Origin: an uncultured Bdellovibrionales bacterium
Lineage (GTDB): Bacteria > Patescibacteriota > Minisyncoccia > Moranbacterales > UBA1568
DNA length: 63,126 nt
Assembly: GCA_964579335.1 (NCBI GenBank)
Contig: CAZOFS010000003.1
Coordinates: 1 to 63,126 of the forward strand
Direction: 5' to 3'
The translations under genes and the position numbers were made by a program. Shown piece after piece: positions 36,001 through 45,539 of this stretch. Each line of letters begins with the position of its first letter. Position 1 is the stretch's first letter. A model generated the notes under the pieces. The model was not told where the DNA came from. It made no database searches and saw only the letters and a program-made list of their open reading frames with translations.

Positions 36001-36645
36001 CTCTCCGAAGTGGATGGACAAGTGAAGTCGATTGTCAAAGAAGTGAAAGTAGTCAAAGTGACAGTCGTAGCAGAGGACAAGAAGGAGTATGAGTACTCAG
36101 CTCCAGCTAATGCCGCGGTCAAAGTCAAAGTTGGCGACCTCGTGGGCAAGGGTTCTATCCTCTCCGAAGGTCACGTTGATCTCAAGAAACTCCACGAAGT
36201 GATGGGACTTGAAGCAGTACATCGCTACATCATCCGTGAAATCCAAGAGATTTACGCGAGCCAAGGTGAAGGCATCAATGACAAACACATCGAAGTGATT
36301 ATCCGTCAGATGTTCTCACGTATCCGTGTGGCTGACCCAGGGGATACCATGCTCCTCCCAGGCGATATCGTCGAAAAGGATCAATTCCTTGAAGCCAATG
36401 AAGAAGCCGTGACGAGCAAAGGTGAGTCAGCTACGGGTGAGGCGATGGTTCTCGGTATCACCAAAGTAGCGCTCTCGACTGAATCCTTTCTCTCAGCAGC
36501 GTCTTTCATGGAAACGGCTCGTGTGCTTATCAATGCCGCGGTCCAAGGGAAAGAAGATCGCTTGCGTGGGCTCAAGGAAAACGTCATCATCGGTCGCCTT
36601 ATCCCAGCTGGGACTGGCTACCGTGAAGGCCAAGAGAAGCGCTAA
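33049..36645 (+). CDS. rpoC: DNA-directed RNA polymerase subunit beta'
   Basis: Zn finger [20 protein letters not shown] and catalytic [12 protein letters not shown]. Start trimmed to ATG 33049, because the upstream codons translate the spacer repeat. Confidence 0.97.
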   Translation: [1198 protein letters not shown]

Positions 36646-36663
36646 ACCGCTACACTTTAGTGA

Positions 36664-36700
36664 GAAGACAGCCCTTTATAAGGGCTGTCTTCATTTTGTT
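36664..36700 (+). terminator. Rho-independent terminator after rpoC
   Basis: GAAGACAGCCC-TTTATAA-GGGCTGTCTTC followed by ATTTTGTT. Confidence 0.85.
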
Positions 36701-36815
36701 GGTCTTGATGGGAGGTGTACACTTTAAGGGGGCAATGCCGTATTATGGTAGTGTTTAGGTATTGTGGCCAATAGACTGTATCAGGGAGAGTTTTCTAATT
36801 GACTAGTTTTATTGT

Positions 36816-37754
36816 ATGAGAGAGACATCGTTAGTATCCGTAGAAAGTGGGGGAGGTGGGAGAGCTGCGGTACCAGTTGCCGAAAGTACATCTATAGAGC
36901 CATCTGTGGCAGATACAGCCCGATCCCAGTCAGATGCGAGCCCTCCGGATAGAGAAGCGCCTTCTCATCAGGTATCAGTAGAAAATCCAGATCAAGTGGT
37001 AGAGACTGGGCCTATTGGCCGGGTCATGGATCGGTGGAATCACTGGTGGAAAGAACGGAAGACAAGGAAGGTTGAGGCTAAATTAAATAAGGCGGAACTT
37101 GATCACCAATCCTTGACTGATGAAGCTACCAGTTTACGTACTCAAGCGGAGCAGCATCTTGCTCTGAAACTAAAGAAAATAGAGGCTCTCACCGCAACTC
37201 TGGGAGAGGCGGGTGTTAGGCAGGCAAAGAGACAGATCGAAGAAGAAGCAGCAACCATACGATCCCAGGCAGTAGCTCTTGAGACTAAACGAGATAAGCG
37301 AGCGCCAAAATTGGCTGAACTACGCCAGCGGGACAGCGAACATCAACAGGCATTACAAACATTGGAACAGCGCATCAATAAACCATTCGAAGTGAAACAA
37401 GAGGGGTATCGAGCAGAAGTACAGAAGCTTGAAGAGGCACTCAAGAGCTATTTCACGGAGATTAAAGAGCTTGAAGCACAGTGGGAAAAGGCTGAGAAAA
37501 GACAAGAAGAGTTGAAAAAAGAGATGAAAGCCTCCTCGAGTAGCCAGGAAAAATCCTTGAAGAAGCAAGAAGGAAAAAGACTCAAAGAGGAAAACGGGAA
37601 ACGTTTGAACTGGATTATGAAACTCAAGAATGAAACGGTTGAACTCACTGATAGGCGAAAGCATCTGAATTATCAGATTCTCATGCTTGAGTACCGTAAG
37701 GCCAAAAGAAAAAATAGCCCATCTACGGTAGACGTTGGGAAGCTACTCGCATAG
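36816..37754 (+). CDS. Coiled-coil hypothetical protein
   Basis: Long ORF, heptad-like and rich in E/K/Q/L, with a disordered N-terminus. Confidence 0.55.
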   Translation: MRETSLVSVESGGGGRAAVPVAESTSIEPSVADTARSQSDASPPDREAPSHQVSVENPDQVVETGPIGRVMDRWNHWWKERKTRKVEAKLNKAELDHQSLTDEATSLRTQAEQHLALKLKKIEALTATLGEAGVRQAKRQIEEEAATIRSQAVALETKRDKRAPKLAELRQRDSEHQQALQTLEQRINKPFEVKQEGYRAEVQKLEEALKSYFTEIKELEAQWEKAEKRQEELKKEMKASSSSQEKSLKKQEGKRLKEENGKRLNWIMKLKNETVELTDRRKHLNYQILMLEYRKAKRKNSPSTVDVGKLLA

Positions 37755-37807
37755 ATCTTTCTGGATGGCATTGTCTCTAGCAGTCCCATTATTACTAATA
37801 CCTCTGT

Positions 37808-38053
37808 ATGTTTGATCCAGCTATCAACAGTGACCAGGATTTTCAGAATTGGATTGAAGAGCAGAAGCAGTCTCTTTCTTTGTTGCCATCAAACAAAGAC
37901 ATTGAAATTCCAGTTGATGATGATCTCAAAGCTGCACTTGATGAAGTAGAGCGTACGGGTACTAATCTTTTTGTGGCGCTAGATGTGATCGAGAAGATGA
38001 GCACTGATGAGGATTACCCAGCTTCTCCTAGTATAGTGGCGGTCGATAGCTAG
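37808..38053 (+). CDS. Small acidic hypothetical protein
   Basis: 81-aa ORF in the gap before ftsK. No recognisable motif. Confidence 0.4.
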   Translation: MFDPAINSDQDFQNWIEEQKQSLSLLPSNKDIEIPVDDDLKAALDEVERTGTNLFVALDVIEKMSTDEDYPASPSIVAVDS

Positions 38054-38148
38054 TCGAGACTGTTTGCTTCACAGTATCAAAGCAGCGTACAATAGAGGTA
38101 GAGGGCTTGTTGGTTGACACAGGCTTGTTGGTTTGAATTGCTATACCT

Positions 38149-40557
38149 ATGGGACGGAAAAAGAAAACTGAGATTGAAAAAAATAAAGACGAACAGCCAA
38201 TATTGAGTCGCGAAACCAAGCGGGGCATTGTGGCTATTTGTCTCTTTGCTTTAGCTATTTTGTTCTTCCTGGGTTTTATCGGCCAAGCAGGGAAATTTGG
38301 TGAAACTATCGATCGTCTCCTCGGGCTTGCGGTTGGTTGGAGTCGCTGGCTTTTGCCACCACTCTTCACGCTCGTGGGCGTAATGCTCTTTCGAGAGCGA
38401 GAAACGAGTTTCCGTAACCTGATCAAGTATATTGCCCTTACGGTAGCCTTTGTGGCTATCCTCGGCCTCTCCCACCTCTTTTTGGGTGACACTACCAAGG
38501 AGTTACGTGCGGTAGCCGAGGATGGCATTGGCGGTGGGTTTCTTGGTTACTGGATCGTCTCAGGGCTCAATACAGCCATGGGTAAAGTGGCAAGCACTGT
38601 CGTTCTCCTTACACTGTTGGCTATCGGAGTGATTGCGGCTTTCAATGTGTCACTCTATGTTTTTCTCGAGCGTTTGCGAGCACGCTTGGTAAAGCCAGTC
38701 CCAGAAGGAGATGAAGTACCACTTGAAGCACACTCAACTCCAGATGTGCCCGAAGTTCCTCCTACTTCACCTGACCCACTTTCTCTGGGGCAGGCCTTTG
38801 AGGGAAGTGATGCCAAAGAGATCTCTCCTCAAGTAACCGCTTCCGATGTGTCGGATACGAATATTCGAGGCATTCGTTTTGTGGGAGATGAAGAGATGAA
38901 TTCGCAATCTGAAAATGCTTCTCGAGACACGGCTGACGACAAAGATGATGAGACGGTACTTGTGCCCGCTTTTATCAAACCCAAGCGTCCCAAAATGAGT
39001 CGACGCTGGGAGGTGCCACCTATCGATCTTCTAGCTGCTTCTAAGGAGCAGGGTCAAGGAGGTGACATTGCCCAGAATCAGGATATTATTGTTCGTACAC
39101 TCAAGTACTTTGGTATCGATGTGGAGCTCGGTGAAGTAGAGCAGGGTCCGACCGTGACCCAGTACACCTTTCGCCCAGCGGTAGGGGTCAAACTCTCACG
39201 TATTACTGCGCTCAATGATAATCTCGCCCTTGCTTTGGCGGCTCATCAGGTGCGTATCGAAGCACCGATTCCCGGGAAGTCTCTTATTGGTATCGAGGTG
39301 CCCAACAAAACCAAGGCTACTGTACGGTTACGTAACTTTCTCGAGGATAAAGAATTTCGTGGACGGGCTTCCAATTTGACACTCGTGCTTGGTCAGGATG
39401 TCTCGGGGCGGTATATTTATGCTGATCTCGCCAAGATGCCGCATGTTCTCATCGCAGGTGCGACCAATTCTGGGAAAAGTGTTTGTGTTAATACCTTCCT
39501 TCTTTCACTCCTCTATCAAAACTCACCCGAGGATCTCCAGCTCATTTTGGTTGATCCCAAGCGCGTCGAACTCTCTCTCTATCGCAACATCCCGCATCTC
39601 AAAACCGATGTGATCGTTGATAGCCACAAGGTGGTCAATGTGCTCAAGTGGGCCATTGGAGAAATGGAACGCCGCTACAAAGTGCTCGAGAGTGTGGCCT
39701 CACGTGACCTTTTCTCATATCGTGAGAAGCTCCTCCGCGGTGAGAAAAAACATACTTTTGATCCTGAAACCAATGTGACCAAAGAGGAATATCTTGAACC
39801 CTTGCCACAGATCGTGATTGTGATCGACGAAATGGCTGATCTCATGATGGCTCATGGTAAGGAAGTAGAAGGTCTCATTGTACGCTTGGCGCAGAAAGCT
39901 CGCGCCGTTGGACTCCATCTCGTCCTTGCTACACAGCGGCCAGAGGTCAACGTGATTACTGGTCTCATTAAAGCCAATATCCCAGCCCGTATCTCGTTCC
40001 AGCTCAAGACCCAGATCGACTCGCGGACGATCTTTGGCACCGGTGGTGCTGAGAAGCTTCTTGGTCAGGGAGATATGCTCTATTCTTCGGCCGAAGCTTC
40101 GAGTCTCAAACGCATCCAGGGAGTGTATGTGTCTGAGGATGAAGTGAAAAAAGTGGTGCATTACCTTGTCGATCAGAAACTCAAAAATGGTTGGGATGAG
40201 ATCGGTGAGGATTTGGGTGGAAGTGACAAGAAGGCGCCGAGCGAAACGGATGCTATCCCGATTGATCTCGATACGCCACTCGATGCTGATGATGATGAAT
40301 CGATTTACAATGCTGCCAAGGCTCTCGTTATTCGTACCCAGAAAGTTTCTACCACCTATCTCCAACGGCATCTCAAAATTGGCTATCCCAAAGCCGCTCG
40401 AATCACTGACCTTCTCGAGGAGCGGGGAGTGATTAGCTTTGAAGAAAACAAACGGCGTACCGTCCTGATCCCTCGAGAGAGCGAAGGGGAAGCGCCGCCA
40501 AAATACGGGGAAGATCCATTGGCTGATCAAGCTGCTCGAGACAAGTGGCAGGCCTAA
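38149..40557 (+). CDS. ftsK: DNA translocase FtsK/SpoIIIE
   Basis: N-terminal TM helices, Walker A IAGATNSGKSV, Walker B VIVIDEMADLMM, and a C-terminal winged-helix gamma domain (VSTTYLQRHLKIGYPKAARITDLLEERGVIS). Confidence 0.93.
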   Translation: MGRKKKTEIEKNKDEQPILSRETKRGIVAICLFALAILFFLGFIGQAGKFGETIDRLLGLAVGWSRWLLPPLFTLVGVMLFRERETSFRNLIKYIALTVAFVAILGLSHLFLGDTTKELRAVAEDGIGGGFLGYWIVSGLNTAMGKVASTVVLLTLLAIGVIAAFNVSLYVFLERLRARLVKPVPEGDEVPLEAHSTPDVPEVPPTSPDPLSLGQAFEGSDAKEISPQVTASDVSDTNIRGIRFVGDEEMNSQSENASRDTADDKDDETVLVPAFIKPKRPKMSRRWEVPPIDLLAASKEQGQGGDIAQNQDIIVRTLKYFGIDVELGEVEQGPTVTQYTFRPAVGVKLSRITALNDNLALALAAHQVRIEAPIPGKSLIGIEVPNKTKATVRLRNFLEDKEFRGRASNLTLVLGQDVSGRYIYADLAKMPHVLIAGATNSGKSVCVNTFLLSLLYQNSPEDLQLILVDPKRVELSLYRNIPHLKTDVIVDSHKVVNVLKWAIGEMERRYKVLESVASRDLFSYREKLLRGEKKHTFDPETNVTKEEYLEPLPQIVIVIDEMADLMMAHGKEVEGLIVRLAQKARAVGLHLVLATQRPEVNVITGLIKANIPARISFQLKTQIDSRTIFGTGGAEKLLGQGDMLYSSAEASSLKRIQGVYVSEDEVKKVVHYLVDQKLKNGWDEIGEDLGGSDKKAPSETDAIPIDLDTPLDADDDESIYNAAKALVIRTQKVSTTYLQRHLKIGYPKAARITDLLEERGVISFEENKRRTVLIPRESEGEAPPKYGEDPLADQAARDKWQA

Positions 40558-40667
40558 GAGAGATCAAAAAGCAAAAATAGAAATTAAAAAAGAATCAAAG
40601 GACCCGATTGACTTTTTGGGTATTTTTCTTTATCTTTAATATTCGATACTTCATTTTTGATTTGGCT

Positions 40668-41654
40668 ATGACCGATGGCTTTATCCGTAAAAAAGTGGAA
40701 TCACTTACACTTGGTGAGAAGTTAGTGAAGCTTCGGAGTCAGTACCGGATGAGTTTGGCTGAGATTGCCAAAGCTACGCGGATCCAAGCTAAATACCTTG
40801 AGGCATTGGAGAGTGGGGATTACCAAAGTCTTCCAGCTGAAGTATACGTGCGAGGTTTTCTTAGGAGTTATGCTCGCTATCTTGGGCTCGAGGATGAGGC
40901 TTTTGTAAAGCTGTACGACAAAGAAAAACATATCCGGACACACCTGGGAAAAACCGAACCAGTCAAAGAGCGTCCGAAGGTCGTCTTGGGGAGAGTATGG
41001 GTGGTGACGCCGCGCACTCTCGTCTGGATAGGTATTGGAGTGGTGCTCTTGGGAACATTTGGTTATTTGCTCCGAGAACTCAATTCTTTTGTCGCTGAGC
41101 CGCACTTGATTGTTACGAGCCCGGTCTCTGGTATGACAACGAGCGAGGGGTCGCTTACACTGATCGGACGGACTGATGCTGGTGCGAGGATTATGCTCAA
41201 TGGTCAGTCAGTCTTTGTAAATGGTGATGGGGCTTTCCAGGAACTTCTGACGCTTCAGCCGGGGACCAATACCTTCCAGGTTTCAGCCACCAATCGTTTC
41301 GAAAAGACCAAAACAGTGACGGTAGTGGTTGAAAACACTACTCTCCCACCAGTGGTAGATGAGTCTCCAATACCAGTCACAGTGGGGGTGAACCGTAGGG
41401 TGGAGGCAGTCAGGCTAGTGGCCGATGGTGTGGTAGTATGGAATGGCGCCTGGGAAGAGGGCAAGGAGGAGTCGCTCTCTGTCCGCGAGACGCTTACCGT
41501 GACGACGAGTGATCCATTGGCGACTCTGATCCGGGTGGAGGATACAGTACTTCAGTCGGTTGGGCTCAATTCAAATGTGACAGAAACCTTTGAGTACACC
41601 CCACTCTCGCTCACAGCCCTCAAGAATACCAATACTAATTCACCCGCGGAGTAA
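40668..41654 (+). CDS. rodZ: RodZ-like HTH/transmembrane cytoskeleton-associated protein
   Basis: HTH region LGEKLVKLRSQYRMSLAEIAKATRIQAKYLEALE and VYVRGFLRSYARYLGL, a single TM span, and a DUF4115-like C-terminus. Start trimmed to ATG 40668. Confidence 0.6.
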   Translation: MTDGFIRKKVESLTLGEKLVKLRSQYRMSLAEIAKATRIQAKYLEALESGDYQSLPAEVYVRGFLRSYARYLGLEDEAFVKLYDKEKHIRTHLGKTEPVKERPKVVLGRVWVVTPRTLVWIGIGVVLLGTFGYLLRELNSFVAEPHLIVTSPVSGMTTSEGSLTLIGRTDAGARIMLNGQSVFVNGDGAFQELLTLQPGTNTFQVSATNRFEKTKTVTVVVENTTLPPVVDESPIPVTVGVNRRVEAVRLVADGVVVWNGAWEEGKEESLSVRETLTVTTSDPLATLIRVEDTVLQSVGLNSNVTETFEYTPLSLTALKNTNTNSPAE

Positions 41655-41675
41655 TTTCTTATTATTTTTACGCGT

Positions 41676-42683
41676 ATGCCGAAGGAAAAAGGGAGTGATG
41701 GGAAAAAGAGTATCGACGCTATCGTTGATGAGATTAAAGGCAAATTTGGCGAAGGAATGATGATGAAGCTTGGGGATGTGAAGCGAGTCGATGTCGAGGC
41801 TATCCCTACAGGCTCGCTCTCACTCGATATTGCACTCGGTATCGGTGGGATGCCTCGAGGACGTATCGTCGAAGTCTATGGACCAGAGTCTTCGGGGAAG
41901 ACAACGCTCACCCTTCACACTATTGCCAATGCTCAGCGCGCTGGTGGTGTTGCGGCCTTTATCGATGCTGAACATGCACTCGATCCCGAATATGCCAAGC
42001 GGATTGGGGTCAATATTAATAATCTCCTCATCTCTCAGCCGGATTCTGGTGAGCAAGCTCTCGATATTGTCGAAACCTTGGTCCGCTCCAACGCGGTGGA
42101 TGTTATTGTCGTAGACTCGGTCGCTGCCTTGGTGCCACGAGCTGAGATCGAAGGTGAGATGGGGGATCAGCATGTAGGCCGCCAGGCCCGTCTCATGTCA
42201 CAGGCGCTCCGCAAACTCACCGCCATCATCGCTCGGAGCAATGTGATTGTGATTTTTATTAACCAGCTTCGGATGAAGATTGGTGTGATGTTTGGCAATC
42301 CCGAGACGACGACCGGTGGCAATGCCCTCAAGTTCTACTCCTCCGTCCGCATCGAAGTCAGGAAGAGTGCCCAGGTAAAGAAAGGCGAGGACGTAGTGGG
42401 TAATCAGGTCAATGTCAAAATCGCCAAGAACAAAGTTGCACCACCGTTTAAGACCACGAGCTTCTTTATCATGTACAATGAAGGTATTTCCTGGGCTGAT
42501 GATGTACTCGACACTGGGCTTAAATACGAAGTGATCAAAAAACAAGGTAACTCACACCTCTTTGGTGAGGTAAAGCTTGGGGTCGGGCGGGAGCAAGCGC
42601 GTACCTTCCTCAAAGAGAATCCCAAGGTAGGCAAGGAAATCGAAAAAGCAGTGTGGAAGCAGGTTCGAGCGCTTGAGGCTTAA
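41676..42683 (+). CDS. recA: Recombinase RecA
   Basis: [13 protein letters not shown] and [19 protein letters not shown] motifs, and [28 protein letters not shown]. Confidence 0.97.
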   Translation: MPKEKGSDGKKSIDAIVDEIKGKFGEGMMMKLGDVKRVDVEAIPTGSLSLDIALGIGGMPRGRIVEVYGPESSGKTTLTLHTIANAQRAGGVAAFIDAEHALDPEYAKRIGVNINNLLISQPDSGEQALDIVETLVRSNAVDVIVVDSVAALVPRAEIEGEMGDQHVGRQARLMSQALRKLTAIIARSNVIVIFINQLRMKIGVMFGNPETTTGGNALKFYSSVRIEVRKSAQVKKGEDVVGNQVNVKIAKNKVAPPFKTTSFFIMYNEGISWADDVLDTGLKYEVIKKQGNSHLFGEVKLGVGREQARTFLKENPKVGKEIEKAVWKQVRALEA

Positions 42684-42720
42684 ATTCTAAGCTCGATGCA
42701 GGCTGGGTTTGCATGGTTCT

Positions 42721-43995
42721 ATGTTATTCAATACCAATACACAATCAACAGTTCGGAGCCTAGTTCTTTTGGCTGGGTTTGCTTTGTTATGTCTTCCCGC
42801 GCCAAGCTTTGCAGCTGAAGATATTGACAATATCAAAGACGATATCTCTGCTATTGAAAAGAAGCTCAAGAAAGCTGAGGAGAAGCGAGCAGCACTTCAG
42901 GCCCAGGTTAATAGCCTGAGTTCTGTTCTCTCAATTACCGACCGGACCATCAAAGAAACACAGATTAAAATTGAGCAGGCTGAAAACACGATCGAACGTA
43001 AGACAGCAGAAATAGAGCTTCTTGAAGCCCAGATCGAAGAGGAGAAGGCACTTCTAACGGAGCTCATCCAAGACCTCTACTATGAAGGGCAGGCAAGTAT
43101 TCCCGAGTTCCTCTTCTCTCAAGACGACTTCACCAGCCTTATTAATCATCCTGACCGTCTCCTTACGGTCAAAGAACGAATCATAACCCTCGTCAACTCA
43201 CTCGAGAGTCGTTATGCAGAAACCGCTACCGAGCGAGCTTCGCTCGAGGCAGCCAAAGCCGATCATCAGGAACTCCTCGAGAAAAAAGCCAGTGAGAAAG
43301 AAGAACTTGCCGCTGATCGGGCTGAGACCCTCGAGGCTGTAGAAGATCAAGAGAAAATTATCAGTCGACTGCAAAAAGAACTGAAAGAACTCCAAGGCGA
43401 TCTCTCAACACTGACGGGAAAAAACTATAATGCCAAAGATATTCGTCAAGCGGTAGAGGATGCTAGTGATGAAACTGGCGTGCCCGAAGGTGTACTCTAT
43501 GGCTTCCTCAAGATGGAAACCAACCTCGGGGCCAATACCGGCCAATGTACCTACAAAGAAGTGGAGAAGGTATCGGTAGCTCGTTATAAGAAGTATGGAA
43601 GTAAGTACAAAGCTTCTATCAACTTGCTCTATAAACGACGAGATATCTTCTATGAAATTGTGAAGGAGCTCGATTACAGTAAAGATAAAAAAGTTTCTTG
43701 CTCGCCCAACTATATCGGCCAGGGAGGGGCAATGGGAGTGGCTCAGTTTATGTCGGATGTATGGCGGGGATATGAAAGCGATATTCGATCCAAGACAGGA
43801 CACAAAAATCCTGATCCCTGGAACCTCACCGATGGTGTGATGGCCATGGCTCTCAAACTTAGGAAAGCCGGAGCCACTTCGGACAAGGAGTCAGTGATCA
43901 AAAAAGCCTCGATCAACTACCTTGGTAATTTCAATGCTAATTATTACAACGGCATCGTCTACTGGGCCAAGAACTACAAAAAGCTCTTCAACTAG
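42721..43995 (+). CDS. Exported coiled-coil protein with a C-terminal lytic transglycosylase (MltB/SLT-like) domain
   Basis: Signal peptide ending PSFA, then a long coiled coil. The C-terminal part carries LKMETNLG (catalytic Glu context) and GAMGVAQFM. Start taken at ATG 42721 (TTG 42709 is also possible). Confidence 0.55.
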   Translation: MLFNTNTQSTVRSLVLLAGFALLCLPAPSFAAEDIDNIKDDISAIEKKLKKAEEKRAALQAQVNSLSSVLSITDRTIKETQIKIEQAENTIERKTAEIELLEAQIEEEKALLTELIQDLYYEGQASIPEFLFSQDDFTSLINHPDRLLTVKERIITLVNSLESRYAETATERASLEAAKADHQELLEKKASEKEELAADRAETLEAVEDQEKIISRLQKELKELQGDLSTLTGKNYNAKDIRQAVEDASDETGVPEGVLYGFLKMETNLGANTGQCTYKEVEKVSVARYKKYGSKYKASINLLYKRRDIFYEIVKELDYSKDKKVSCSPNYIGQGGAMGVAQFMSDVWRGYESDIRSKTGHKNPDPWNLTDGVMAMALKLRKAGATSDKESVIKKASINYLGNFNANYYNGIVYWAKNYKKLFN

Positions 43996-44148
43996 AGTCC
44001 TCGCACAAAAGTCCGGCCTGTGTACGGGTGGGGTTGACCCCGCATTAGTTTCTACAGGACTCTTGGCGATAGGGTACGTCTGACACATAGTATTAGCTTC
44101 GCCTCAGATCTATTGTTTTCATAAGTTATTGCCTAAACTGGCGCGGGG

Positions 44149-44177
44149 TTGACAGGAGACGCATTCATTGCTAGACT
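44149..44177 (+). promoter_or_regulatory. Candidate sigma70-type promoter (TTGACA-17-TAGACT) for rpsF-ssb-rpsR
   Basis: Consensus -35 TTGACA at 44149-44154, 17-nt spacer, TAGACT at 44172-44177. The leader to the ATG at 44335 is about 150 nt. Confidence 0.5.
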
Positions 44178-44334
44178 CTCACCACAACTGATGAAGTCCA
44201 AAGTGTTCCCGCTTCTACCGTCAGCCCTTCGACAGGCTCGGGGTAAAAGATAGGAATACAATCACCGCGAGCCGGCTTCATCTTTGGAGTTGGTCTTTTT
44301 TTATCGGCTCTCTAATTTTTGATAGTATCACTGT

Positions 44335-44868
44335 ATGCGTGAGTACGAACTGTTTTATCTCGTCGGAGAAACCAAAGAAGCCGAGCTTCCACGGATTCGC
44401 ACCGAAGTAGAAACGCTTATCAAAGAGCGTGGTGGTGAGTTTTTGTCAGTTGAAACGAGCGACAAGCGTCGTCTGGCGTACGAAGTCAAGGGTGAAGCAC
44501 GCGGATTCTATATCGCTCGTCGTTTCACTCTGCCTGATAATGCTGAGCTTGTTGGACCCGAACTCGAAGCTAAGATTGCTGAGGGAGATGCGATTGCCTA
44601 CTTCACCCGCAAATTGTCTCTCTCCAAAGATATTTTGCGTATTCTCTTTCTCCGGGCCGAAGAGCTCCCAGCTCTTAAGCCAATTGAGCGGACTGAGTAT
44701 ATGCGCAAAGAAACTCGTGGTCGCTCAGTGCGCCGCGAACGTCCACCAGTTGCTGATCCCAACTTTATTGCCTCAGCTCCTCCCAAGCCGGTAGCTCCGG
44801 TGGAAGCCGGAAAGACTGTTTCGAAAGAGGAAATAGATAAGCAACTCAAAGATAAGTTGGATATTTAA
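44335..44868 (+). CDS. rpsF: 30S ribosomal protein S6 with a C-terminal extension
   Basis: MREYELFYLV...RRLAYEVKGEARGFY. Confidence 0.9.
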   Translation: MREYELFYLVGETKEAELPRIRTEVETLIKERGGEFLSVETSDKRRLAYEVKGEARGFYIARRFTLPDNAELVGPELEAKIAEGDAIAYFTRKLSLSKDILRILFLRAEELPALKPIERTEYMRKETRGRSVRRERPPVADPNFIASAPPKPVAPVEAGKTVSKEEIDKQLKDKLDI

Positions 44869-44949
44869 TGTAGTGTAAAAGTTGCAAGGTTGTGAAGGCA
44901 ATTAATACTATAAAATTTCTCAATACTCTAACTTGTTAATTTCATTCGT

Positions 44950-45435
44950 ATGAATGTCAACAAAGTGATTCTTGTCGGTCGCCTCACTCGTGATCCAGAG
45001 GTAAGGAGCACACCATCAGGGCAGTCAGTAGCGACTATTGGTATGGCCACCAACAATTACTGGACTGATAAGAGTGGTCAGAAACAAGAGCGGACTGAGT
45101 TTCACACCGTTGTCTTGTGGGGGAAGCTTTCTGAAATTGCTGGGCAGTACCTCACTAAGGGGCAGGAATGTTATGTTGAGGGACGACTTCAAACTCGTAC
45201 CTACACTGGTAAGGACGGGGTGGAACGTAAGGCAGTCGAAATTGTCGGTGAGACCATGCAGCTCGGGAGCCGGGCAGGGCAGGGTGGCGGAGGGATGAGT
45301 GGAGGAACTCGACCGATGGCCGCTGGTGCAGCAGCAGGAGCTGTAGTTTCTAAGCCAGCACCGAGAGAAGAAGAAATTCCAACCATCAATCTCGATGACG
45401 ACAAGGAAATCAAGATTGAAGATGTACCTTTTTAA
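44950..45435 (+). CDS. ssb: Single-stranded DNA-binding protein
   Basis: MNVNKVILVGRLTRDPEV...TEFHTVVLWGKLSE, a Gly-rich linker, and an acidic tip ending DVPF. Confidence 0.93.
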   Translation: MNVNKVILVGRLTRDPEVRSTPSGQSVATIGMATNNYWTDKSGQKQERTEFHTVVLWGKLSEIAGQYLTKGQECYVEGRLQTRTYTGKDGVERKAVEIVGETMQLGSRAGQGGGGMSGGTRPMAAGAAAGAVVSKPAPREEEIPTINLDDDKEIKIEDVPF

Positions 45436-45437
45436 TT

Positions 45438-45531
45438 AATTTCAAAATAAAAATTTCAAATTTTAAAATAAAAACTCAATTTCAAAACTTTTAAATATTA
45501 TTTTGAAATTTAGAATTTATCATTTGAAATT
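45438..45531. repeat. AT-rich repeat cluster: AATTTCAAAA x3 and inverted TTTTGAAATT x2
   Basis: Forward copies at 45438-45447, 45452-45460 and 45478-45487. Inverted copies at 45501-45510 and 45523-45531. The third forward copy and the first inverted copy form a 10-bp hairpin. Confidence 0.6.
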
Positions 45532-45539
45532 ATAATCCT

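Noticed and set aside
39715-40530. 271-aa minus-strand ORF
   Set aside because: It is antisense to ftsK.
40559-40665. A-rich then T-rich imperfect palindrome between ftsK and rodZ as a discrete feature
   Set aside because: Only the outer ATCAAAAA/TTTTTGAT 8-bp pairing is clean. The inner arms are roughly two-thirds complementary by eye and are low-complexity A/T runs. It is mentioned under the spacer-palindrome finding but not annotated.
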